Shown here: one piece after another, positions 1 to 7,790 of the stretch
Numbering within the stretch: the stretch's first letter is position 1
Layout of the letters: the number at the start of each line of letters is the position of its first letter
Origin: a virus
Taxonomy: Duplodnaviria; Caudoviricetes
DNA: 36,975 nucleotides
Reading direction: 5' to 3' (one strand)
Virus record (IMG/VR): IMGVR_UViG_3300009506_000107
Coordinates: 1 to 36,975 of that record
Program-made: the position numbers and the translations under genes
Notes under the pieces: model-generated
The model's input: the letters and a program-made list of their open reading frames with translations, nothing else
What the model was told of the DNA's origin: nothing
Database searches by the model: none

Positions 1-137
1 AGTCAAGTCCGGATGTGGTGGATGATGGCGATGCGGGAGCGGTGCGGATGACGGCGCAGCGGGCTATGATGGTATCGCATGAGACGCCGGCGGGTGATAG
101 TATGGTGGATGATACCAACGATGCGATGAGGGTCAAT
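1..137 (+). repeat. Terminal direct repeat (137 nt), identical to 36839-36975 and to an internal copy at 36629-36765
   Basis: Direct reading: agtcaagtccggatgtgg...gcgatgagggtcaat occurs at all three places. Consistent with a circular assembly overlap that falls inside a coding tandem repeat. Confidence 0.95.
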
Positions 138-764
138 GTGGTGGTGTCTGCTCTGCCGTCTGGTGCTGCAACGGAGGCTACGCTTGCGGCAATCAAGACA
201 GCAGTTGAGCTGATTGACAATATGATAGCGGGGAGTGAGGCGCAGGTGGATGTGGTATCATCTGCTCTCCCATCGGGAGCTGCAACGGAGACTACGCTTG
301 CGGCGATTCAGACGGCGGTTGAGCTGATTGACAATATGATCAGTGGGTCGGAGGCGCAGGTGGATGTGGTGGCGGCGCTGCCGGCCGGGACTAATACTAT
401 TGGAGCCGTTGCGCAGGCGCCGTCCACCTCGGGGGGCTATTCGATATACAGGGATATTGATGCGGATGAAACGGGGGTGAATATCAAGAGTGCGGCGGGG
501 CAGGTGTTTGGTTGGTTCTTGTATAATGCTGCGGCGTCTGCTCGGTATGTGAAGCTATACAATAAAGCCTCGGCGCCTACGGTGGGAACGGATACGCCGG
601 TTCTCACTATTCCTCTGCCGGCTGGGGCTGCGGCGAATATGGAGTATCTTGGGGGGATTGCGTTTGGGACGGGTATCGGGATTGGGGTTACAACGGCGGT
701 TGCGGATGCGGATACGGGGGCGCCGGCGGCGAATGATGTACAAGTCAATCTGTTCTATAAGTAG
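1..764 (+). CDS. 3' part of a repeat-rich virion spike/fibre-like protein that starts at 36085 and crosses the circular join (~505 aa in total)
   Basis: The frame of ORF 15..764 continues the open frame 36085..36975 through the 137-nt overlap. It contains 38-aa ALPSGAATE..ELIDNMI.GSEAQVDVV repeats and a C-terminal beta-rich domain (IKSAAGQVFGWFLYN...YVKLYNKASAPTVGTDTPV). Confidence 0.75.
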   Translation, partial: SSPDVVDDGDAGAVRMTAQRAMMVSHETPAGDSMVDDTNDAMRVNVVVSALPSGAATEATLAAIKTAVELIDNMIAGSEAQVDVVSSALPSGAATETTLAAIQTAVELIDNMISGSEAQVDVVAALPAGTNTIGAVAQAPSTSGGYSIYRDIDADETGVNIKSAAGQVFGWFLYNAAASARYVKLYNKASAPTVGTDTPVLTIPLPAGAAANMEYLGGIAFGTGIGIGVTTAVADADTGAPAANDVQVNLFYK

Positions 765-770
765 GGGCGT

Positions 771-1358
771 ATGAGTACAACGGGCGAGTCTTATTCGTTT
801 GATAGTGATGCGGAGAGTTGGGTGGATGGGTCTGACGGGCAGGCGGTGCGGACGTATGACGGGTCTTATGGCAATTCGGCGGGGAGCCTCAAGACAACGA
901 TTGCGGGGCGGAATAAGACGGATGGCGGGGGTTGGTATTTGCAAGGTACATGGGCGGCGTTGTTTGGTGTTTCGACAGGCGCAACGGTGACAAGTGTTTG
1001 GGTGGAGGCGGGGGAGTATCAGTGTACGGATTATGCGTATGTGGCTGCGTGTACGTTGGGGACGCATGAGCTGCGGGATTCGGTGGGTGCGACCTTGGCG
1101 ACGTTGTATAGCGGCGATGCGGTAAGTGGTACGGGTTCGTGGGTAGATGTTGGGTCGCAAAGTGCGCAAGCGGTGCCGGGGGGTTCTCAGGCGGGTGATA
1201 CGGTGATTCAGCTTTTTGTGGGGGCGGATTTGGATTTGGAGAATAATACGAGTGCAGTAGTAACGTATTATGATGACAATTTGGAGTATTGGATAGAGTA
1301 TACGGAGCCTTCGGCGCCGGATGTGCGGTTGTTGGCGTGTTTGTGTGTAGGGTCATAA
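771..1358 (+). CDS. Beta-rich putative virion accessory protein (195 aa)
   Basis: Clean ORF rich in Gly/Ser/Thr/aromatics with a jelly-roll-like composition, located in the structural block. Confidence 0.6.
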   Translation: MSTTGESYSFDSDAESWVDGSDGQAVRTYDGSYGNSAGSLKTTIAGRNKTDGGGWYLQGTWAALFGVSTGATVTSVWVEAGEYQCTDYAYVAACTLGTHELRDSVGATLATLYSGDAVSGTGSWVDVGSQSAQAVPGGSQAGDTVIQLFVGADLDLENNTSAVVTYYDDNLEYWIEYTEPSAPDVRLLACLCVGS

Positions 1359-1377
1359 AACAGGAGGGGAGGATAAG

Positions 1378-1680
1378 ATGGCTTTGACATTGTTGGAGAG
1401 TGCGGATCTTTATTTCAATGCTGGGGATGAGTTCTATCAGCGTATGATGATGGCGATGGGGAGGCATGCGGTTGAGATTTATATGGAGGATCCGGGGACG
1501 GTGAATCATGCGGAGCGGATGGTGTGGGCTACGTCTGTCCTGTTGGATCCTATTCGGCAGGCGCGGATCTTTCGCATGCCTTTTATCTCTCACCCGACAA
1601 TTGAGGCGTATGGGGCGGCAGCTTCGGATGCGCAGGTGGAGGCGGCGGTGGTGGCGGTGGTGGTGAATATGGTAGGTTAG
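1378..1680 (+). CDS. Small helical hypothetical phage protein (100 aa)
   Basis: Strong SD (aggaggggagg) upstream of ATG and codon usage typical of the genome. Confidence 0.7.
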   Translation: MALTLLESADLYFNAGDEFYQRMMMAMGRHAVEIYMEDPGTVNHAERMVWATSVLLDPIRQARIFRMPFISHPTIEAYGAAASDAQVEAAVVAVVVNMVG

Positions 1681-1695
1681 TGGGGATGGTGTTTC

Positions 1696-2385
1696 ATGGG
1701 GAAGTATAGGGGAAGTAGGCAAGCGGTGGTGGGTGTTGGGGGAGGTGGGGTTGGTTGGGGGTGGTGGGATCCAAGAGTGGAGGGGTTATGCGTTGTTGCG
1801 GCGTATCAGGCGGTTGGGGTTGGGAGTTATGCGGCGAGTTTGGCAGATTTGAGTGGGAATGGGAATGATGCGGTTAGTGGGGGGACGGGTCCGACATGGG
1901 ATACTGTGAATGGGTGGAGTGGTTTCGGCGTTAGTGCGTGGGTTAATTCAGGGATAACGCCGGCGACGGATCAATCTTATTCGATGTTGGTGCGGTATGC
2001 GGGTGCGACGGCGGGTTATTCTGTGGCGGCGGGGAGCTTCTATAATGGTGCAACCGTTCTCGGGTTTGGTTGTGGGTCCGGTCCTTGGAATGCTGGTTGG
2101 TTTGCTAATGGGACTCCGCAGCAGAATAATACGACGCCGGTAACGGCGGCAGGTGTTTATGGGGTCGTAGGGGATCAGCCGTATTTGGACGGAGTAGCGG
2201 TTGTGGGTCCGCTGGGTGGTTGGGCGGGAGGAGTTACGTCAATGATTGCGATTGGTGGTTTATGGAGTAACGGTGCGCAGGTATCTAATGCTTGGCCGGG
2301 GAGTATTCAGGCGGTGGCAATCTATGAGTGCAATTTATCGGAGGGTGCGGCGGGAGCGGTGTCGGCGGCGATGGCGGCATTATGA
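1696..2385 (+). CDS. LamG/concanavalin A-like beta-sandwich virion protein (229 aa)
   Basis: LADLSGNGNDAV...GPTW at the start and YLDGVAV...IAIGG...WPGSIQAVAIY at the end are typical LamG-like strand motifs. Confidence 0.65.
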   Translation: MGKYRGSRQAVVGVGGGGVGWGWWDPRVEGLCVVAAYQAVGVGSYAASLADLSGNGNDAVSGGTGPTWDTVNGWSGFGVSAWVNSGITPATDQSYSMLVRYAGATAGYSVAAGSFYNGATVLGFGCGSGPWNAGWFANGTPQQNNTTPVTAAGVYGVVGDQPYLDGVAVVGPLGGWAGGVTSMIAIGGLWSNGAQVSNAWPGSIQAVAIYECNLSEGAAGAVSAAMAAL

Positions 2386-4778
2386 AAGGGGAGGGAGACT
2401 TGGCGGATATTGCGTTGTGTATGATTGTGACGGATGGGCGGTTGGAGCAGTTGGAGCGGTGCTTGGAAAGTGCGGCGCCGCATGTGGATGAGATCGTGGT
2501 GGCGCGGACTCGGAAAAAGTGGCCGGCAAAGCAGCGGCGGTTGTTCAAGCGGTTTGGGGTCAAGTCGTTTCCCTATGTGTGGGGGGATGACTTTGCGGCG
2601 GCGCGGCAAGCGTCGTTTGAGGCGGCGAGTTCTCCGTGGCGTATGTGGTTGGATGATGACGATGAGTTGCATGGGGGGGAGCACTTGCGAAAGGTGCTGG
2701 CAGGGTTGAAGGTAGACCGGTGGATGGCGCCGCAGGTAGGGTTGCAAATGCCGTATTACTATGGATATGATGACGTGGGCAATCCTACGACGATTTTGAC
2801 GCGGACTCGGGTTGTTTGGTGGGAGGCGGGATGGCGGTGGCGTGGGCGGATCCATGAGGATTTGGAGCCGTTGGGTGTTGTCGAGATGGCGCGGCAGGCG
2901 GATGTGGTGGTGGTGCATCGTCCTGCCGATGATGATCATGGGGACACTTCGGCGGAGCGCAATTATCGGATACTGTTGCTTGAGCTAGAGGAGGAGGGGG
3001 AAAACTGGCGGACGTTGGGATACTTGGGGCATCAGGCATTTGCTCTTCGGCGGTGGGAGGAGGCGGTGCATTGGTATGAGCGGTATCTGCGGGTGGCGCC
3101 GGCGACTATGCAGCGATGGCAGGCGCAGCATTATCAGGCGGTGTGTTTGATGCGGGCGGAGCGGTGGGCGGATGCGTCGGCGGCGGAGTTTGCGTGTTTG
3201 GAGTTGGCGCCGCAGTACAAGGATCCTTACTTCGGACTGGCGGAGATTGCGTATCAAATGGGGGACGCGGAGGAGGCGGTGTATTGGTATGAGGCGGGGA
3301 TGCGGGCGGAGGTTCCTCCGTCGACGGGTCTATTCTTTAATCCTCTCGATTACCAGTTTAATAACGTGTTGGTGGGGCATTTGGCGTATCAGGCGGTTGG
3401 AGCCTTTGATAAGGCACTTGGAGAGGTGGAGCGGGGATTGCAGGTGCGTCCGCATGATGGCTATTTGTTGGGGCAGCGGGATAAGATGCGGGAGTTGATG
3501 GCGCATGAGGAAAAGGCAAGGGCGTTTGCTGTGGTGGCGTGGCAGGTGGATGCGGAGCAGGTGGGGCGGTTGGAGGAGGCGGTGGGGCAGGAGACGGTGC
3601 GGGCCTTTGGGCCTAGCAGGGATCTCGCGTGGCGGGCGGAGTTTCAGCGGCAGGTGTCGGGTGCTGGATATGAGGGGCAGCGGGTGGTGATTCTCTGCGG
3701 TGATGGGCCGGAGCCGTTTAATCCGGTGGCTGTGGAGGCGGGTATGGGTGGGAGTGAGACGGCGGTGATCCGGGTCGCGGAGGGGATGGCGGCGCGTGGG
3801 GCAAGGGTGCAGGTGTTCAATAATCCGGGGATGGAGGCGGGGGCTTGGAAGCATGGGCGGGGGGAGCTGGGTTTTTGGCCTTGGCGATGGTGGGATCCTG
3901 AGCTGCCGTGTGATTTGTTTGTGGCATGGCGGAGGCCGGAGCTGGGGGCAGGGGCGCCGGCAGGTGTGGAGTCCTGGTTGTGGTTGCATGATTTGCATGT
4001 GGGGGACCGGTTTACTCCGGAGTTAGCGGCGCGGTTTGATTTGATTCGTCCGGTGAGTGCGTGGGCGGGGGAGTATTTGCAGCAGGTGTATCCTTGGTTG
4101 GATGCTGGAAAGGTGGTGCCTACGCGGAACGGTACGGATTGGGCGCCGGGGTCGTTGGAGCTGGGGGCGGTGGTGTGGGATGCAGGTCGGGCGCGGCGGT
4201 GCATCTATGCAAGTTCTCCGGATAGGGGGTTGGAGCACTTGTTGCGGATGTGGCCGGAGGTGCGGTTGGTGGTGGAGGAGGCGGAGTTACATATTTACTA
4301 CGGTTGGGAGGTGTGGGATAGGACTATGGCGGCGCGGCGGGATAAGTGGATGGCTCGGGTCAAGGGACAGATTATGCGCGGACTTGAGCAGCCTGGGGTA
4401 TTCTGGCATGGGCGCGTGTCTAAGGCGGAGTTGCGGGAGGGGTGGCGGTTGTGTGGAACCTGGGCATATCCTACGGAGTTCTTGGAGGTGAGCTGTATGA
4501 CGGCGATGGATGCGATGGCGGCGGGAGCTGCGGTGCTTACATCGGAGCATGGTGCGCTGCCGGAGACGTTGGGGGATGTGGGGATCCGGTTGCATGGGCC
4601 GGCGGGTGGGGTCCGGTATCAGCAGCGGTTCTTGGGTTATCTGACGGAGGTTCTATCTAATGAGGAGATTTGGGTGAAGGCGGCAAAGGGTGGGCCGGAT
4701 AGAGCAAGGGCGTTGCAGTGGCCGGGGGTTGCGGAGGAGTGGTTGCGCCGGATGCGGCGGGAAGGGGATGCAGGATGA
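2382..4778 (+). CDS. Fused GT2 (GT-A) + TPR + GT4-like (GT-B) glycosyltransferase (~798 aa)
   Basis: N-terminal IALCMIV...LERCLES...DEIVV, DDFAAARQ, WLDDDD (DxD) and WRGRIHE match TPR-associated GT2. TPR-like helices follow, then a GT-B domain with GMGGSETAV, WLHD, IYASSPDRGL and E..CMTAMDAMAAG. The start is ATG 2382 (ATGA overlap) or TTG 2400 behind GGAGGGAG. Confidence 0.88.
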   Translation: MKGEGDLADIALCMIVTDGRLEQLERCLESAAPHVDEIVVARTRKKWPAKQRRLFKRFGVKSFPYVWGDDFAAARQASFEAASSPWRMWLDDDDELHGGEHLRKVLAGLKVDRWMAPQVGLQMPYYYGYDDVGNPTTILTRTRVVWWEAGWRWRGRIHEDLEPLGVVEMARQADVVVVHRPADDDHGDTSAERNYRILLLELEEEGENWRTLGYLGHQAFALRRWEEAVHWYERYLRVAPATMQRWQAQHYQAVCLMRAERWADASAAEFACLELAPQYKDPYFGLAEIAYQMGDAEEAVYWYEAGMRAEVPPSTGLFFNPLDYQFNNVLVGHLAYQAVGAFDKALGEVERGLQVRPHDGYLLGQRDKMRELMAHEEKARAFAVVAWQVDAEQVGRLEEAVGQETVRAFGPSRDLAWRAEFQRQVSGAGYEGQRVVILCGDGPEPFNPVAVEAGMGGSETAVIRVAEGMAARGARVQVFNNPGMEAGAWKHGRGELGFWPWRWWDPELPCDLFVAWRRPELGAGAPAGVESWLWLHDLHVGDRFTPELAARFDLIRPVSAWAGEYLQQVYPWLDAGKVVPTRNGTDWAPGSLELGAVVWDAGRARRCIYASSPDRGLEHLLRMWPEVRLVVEEAELHIYYGWEVWDRTMAARRDKWMARVKGQIMRGLEQPGVFWHGRVSKAELREGWRLCGTWAYPTEFLEVSCMTAMDAMAAGAAVLTSEHGALPETLGDVGIRLHGPAGGVRYQQRFLGYLTEVLSNEEIWVKAAKGGPDRARALQWPGVAEEWLRRMRREGDAG

Positions 4779-5857
4779 GGCTCGGCTTTTTTATAGCGGA
4801 TCAGGGTCAATGGGGTGTGTTGGATCCGGCGGATGTGGAGCCGGGGGGTCGGGGCGTTGGTGGGCGGGAGACGGCGTTGATTTATCTGTCGCGTATCCTG
4901 GCGGAGCGGGGGCATGAGGTGGAGGTGTTTGCAAGGTGCAAGCCGCAAACATCGGAGGCGGGTGTGCTTTGGCGAGATGTGCGGGGAATTGAGCGGGTGG
5001 GACAACGGGCGTATGATGTGGCGGTGTCGTTTGCTGGGCCGGCGGTGTGGGCGCGGGGGCTGTTTCCGGGCCGGTACCATGTGGTACATGAGCAGTGTGC
5101 GCATTTGGACGTAGGGAATATGGATGAGTTGGTGGATAGGTATTTCGTTCTGAGTGATTGGCAGGGGTGGCACTTGAACCATTACGATCCGGCGATTGAC
5201 ACTAATAAGATGGTGACGGTGGGTAACGGGGTAGACTTGCGGAGGTATGAGGTGGCCGGTGTGGAGCGGGCGCCTCATAGGGTGTTTTATTCCTCCTCCC
5301 CTGATCGGGGGTTGCATCATCTGCTCTCGGGATGGCGGTTGGTGCGGGAGCAGGTGCCGGATGCTGAGTTGTGGGTGATGTATGAGGTAGGAAAGTGGAT
5401 TGAGGGTGTACGGTGGTTTATGAATGACTTGGGCCGGCGGGCGCAGATTGTGCGGATGTATTATGAGGATGAGCCGGGGACGGATGGGATTACGTTTTGG
5501 GGGATGCTCGACAAGTGGACTCTTGCGGAGAAGCAAATGGAGTGCGCGTTGTGGGCATATCCTGCGGACTTGACGGCGGGGACGGAGACGTTTTGTATTA
5601 CCGGTGTTGAAGCGGCAGCGGCAGGATGCGCGTTGTTGGCAACGGATGGGGATTGTTTGCCTGAGATATATGGGGAGGTGGCGGGGTTGGTGGGGTTGCC
5701 TACGGATGGAGCCTTGTTTGCGGGGGCGGTGGTGAAGATGCTGACGGATCCGGCGATGGCGGCGCAGTATACGCCGGGGATGGAGTTTGCGCGGTTGCAT
5801 ACGTGGGAGCGGGTGGCTGATCGTTGGGAGGAAGCGTTGGCAGGGTTGGAGGGGTGA
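4775..5857 (+). CDS. GT4-like (GT-B) glycosyltransferase (~360 aa), paralog of the C-terminal domain of the upstream gene
   Basis: GVGGRETAL, VGNGVDL, FYSSSPDRGL and ETFCITGVEAAAAG (EX7E motif). ATG 4775 overlaps the upstream TGA. Confidence 0.88.
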   Translation: MRLGFFIADQGQWGVLDPADVEPGGRGVGGRETALIYLSRILAERGHEVEVFARCKPQTSEAGVLWRDVRGIERVGQRAYDVAVSFAGPAVWARGLFPGRYHVVHEQCAHLDVGNMDELVDRYFVLSDWQGWHLNHYDPAIDTNKMVTVGNGVDLRRYEVAGVERAPHRVFYSSSPDRGLHHLLSGWRLVREQVPDAELWVMYEVGKWIEGVRWFMNDLGRRAQIVRMYYEDEPGTDGITFWGMLDKWTLAEKQMECALWAYPADLTAGTETFCITGVEAAAAGCALLATDGDCLPEIYGEVAGLVGLPTDGALFAGAVVKMLTDPAMAAQYTPGMEFARLHTWERVADRWEEALAGLEG

Positions 5858-5858
5858 T

Positions 5859-6752
5859 ATGTCTATGACGTTGGATGAGTTGCGGGAGGAGTTGAGCCGG
5901 AGCCTGGGTGCGTGGTATGCGGGGACGGTGACTTTTGCAACGAAAAATGCGGTGATTGATACGGCGTTATTGGGGGCGGGATTGGAGGAGGATGCGTGGG
6001 TGGGCGCGTGGTTGGCGGTGGATACGGGTGGGGGAGTGCAAGAGTCGCGGCGGATTACGGCTTACACTGTGGCCTCCTATGGTTTTACGGTGCGTCCGGA
6101 TTTGGATGTGACTCCTACGGCGGGGGCTGTGTATGAGGTACATTTGCGGCAGGATGCGCCGGCGCTGCATTGGGCGATTAATCGGGCGATCCTGGATGCT
6201 CGTCCGGATGTGTATACGGCTATGGTGTCGGACTTGCTTTTGACGGGGCAGTTGCAGTATATGATGTATGCGGATGTGGATGAGCTGATAGGGTTGGAGG
6301 TGGAGGCGGGGTTTGAGGATGAGGGATTTGTGCCGGTGCCTACGCAGCTCTATACGGTGCAGGAGAAGCATGCGCCTCAGACGTATGCAACCTATTGGGA
6401 GTTCCCTACGGGTTATGGACAAGAGACATTTGGGCCGGAGGGTGGGGATGTGTATGTGACGTTTCGGCAGCCTCTCCCGGCTGGACGGAGGCTGCGGGTA
6501 CATTTTAAGCAGTGGTATCCTACGTTGACGGCGGGCACAATGGAGACGTGGTTGGATCATGATTTTCTGTTGTGGACGGCGGAGGCGCATTTGCGGCGGT
6601 ATATGGTGGGGGTATTGCAGGGGAGTGCGGTGGAGCATCATAAGGAGATGATGGTGCATGCGGAGGAGATGGCGCGGGCGCGGCGGGCTGTGATTGTGGC
6701 GAATCTGGCGGGGGTGCCGTTGGAGCAGGTGCAGGGAAAAAAGAAGCGATAG
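5859..6752 (+). CDS. Putative head-tail adaptor/connector protein with an N-terminal beta insertion (~297 aa)
   Basis: N-terminal MTLDELREEL helix, WAINRAI helix and the beta motif TFRQPLPAGRRLRVHF. It lies two genes before the nozzle-like gene. SD ggagggg precedes ATG 5859. Confidence 0.55.
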   Translation: MSMTLDELREELSRSLGAWYAGTVTFATKNAVIDTALLGAGLEEDAWVGAWLAVDTGGGVQESRRITAYTVASYGFTVRPDLDVTPTAGAVYEVHLRQDAPALHWAINRAILDARPDVYTAMVSDLLLTGQLQYMMYADVDELIGLEVEAGFEDEGFVPVPTQLYTVQEKHAPQTYATYWEFPTGYGQETFGPEGGDVYVTFRQPLPAGRRLRVHFKQWYPTLTAGTMETWLDHDFLLWTAEAHLRRYMVGVLQGSAVEHHKEMMVHAEEMARARRAVIVANLAGVPLEQVQGKKKR

Positions 6753-6761
6753 GGGGGAGCC

Positions 6762-7781
6762 GTGGCGAATCTGATTGTTAATGGTTCATTCGATGAGGAC
6801 TTGAGCGATTGGCGGTATGGGGAGGGTACGAATCCTGCGGAGTGGAATATAGAGGGGTATCAGGCTCCCGGTAGTGCGTTTATGGAAGGGTTGACGGGGG
6901 ATGGGTGCTTTTTGGGGCAGTATGTGCAGGCTGCGGTGACGGGGAAGCATCGCCTCAAGTTTGCGATGAAAGTTGAGAAGGGGACGGGGGATAGCTTTGA
7001 GTTTGATTTAACGTTTGGGAATTTGCATCGGTGGTTGACGCCGTATGCTCCGGGGTGGCATTTCTTGGAGTTTCAGCAAACGGTGCTGCAGGGTACGGTA
7101 AGTTTGGAGATGATGGCGTATCCTGGCTATAATTTCTATATTGATGATGTGGAGGTGGAGGCTCTTGCGTATGATCCGGGGTACCTGTGGTGGTTTATGG
7201 ACCGGTTGCGGAGTGAGCGCAACGATTTGGCCTCCATGTATCATACGCCGGCAACCTATGAGCGGGTAGTGCAGGAGGCGGTGGCTGCGGCGCCGTTGGA
7301 GGTGTGGCCGGCGGAGACGTATGCTACCAGTTCCTTAGTGACGGTGGGGGGGCAGGAGGATTATTCGTTGGCGGCGATCAGTGAGCTAACGCGGGCGCGG
7401 GATGTGTTGGGGGTGCAGCTTAGGCCGGCGGTGTCAAGTGCGCAGGCATATCAGGATTGGGAGGATGTGGGGTGGCGGACGTATGATGAGAGTGCGGTGA
7501 TCCTGCGGTTTGATAGACCGTGGGCCTCCGGGTATGAGATTCGGGTGGTATACCGGCATGCTCCGATTGCTCCTACGGTGGACTTGGAGACGGATTTGGA
7601 TTATGAGTTTTTGATAGCGGATGCGATGGTGCGGTTGTTGCGCCGTCGGCCGATTGACTTACTGCCGGAGGAGAGGGTGGCGGAGATGCAGTTTTGGATG
7701 CGGGAGCGGGAGCAGCGCAGGGCAGCGGCGGAGCAGGTGCGTCCGGCGCGGCGGGCGCTTACTCCGTATTGGCCGATGTAG
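6762..7781 (+). CDS. Carbohydrate-binding (CBM4/9-like) domain fused to a second adaptor-like domain (339 aa)
   Basis: NLIVNGSFDEDLSDW...FYIDDVEV is the CBM_4_9-type signature. The C-terminal half (TVGGQEDYSL, LRFDRPWASGYEIRVVY, LDYEFLIA) parallels the upstream protein. Confidence 0.6.
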   Translation: MANLIVNGSFDEDLSDWRYGEGTNPAEWNIEGYQAPGSAFMEGLTGDGCFLGQYVQAAVTGKHRLKFAMKVEKGTGDSFEFDLTFGNLHRWLTPYAPGWHFLEFQQTVLQGTVSLEMMAYPGYNFYIDDVEVEALAYDPGYLWWFMDRLRSERNDLASMYHTPATYERVVQEAVAAAPLEVWPAETYATSSLVTVGGQEDYSLAAISELTRARDVLGVQLRPAVSSAQAYQDWEDVGWRTYDESAVILRFDRPWASGYEIRVVYRHAPIAPTVDLETDLDYEFLIADAMVRLLRRRPIDLLPEERVAEMQFWMREREQRRAAAEQVRPARRALTPYWPM

Positions 7782-7790
7782 GGGGTTAGG

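Noticed and set aside
207-340. CRISPR-like repeats (GAGCTGATTGACAATATGAT at regular spacing)
   Set aside because: The intervening sequences are themselves homologous and in frame (38-aa protein repeat), and no cas genes are present.
6734-6781. Slippery G GGA AAA AAG at the end of the first adaptor gene
   Set aside because: The next gene is in the same frame, and a -1 shift reaches a TAA within about a dozen codons, so no meaningful fusion results.
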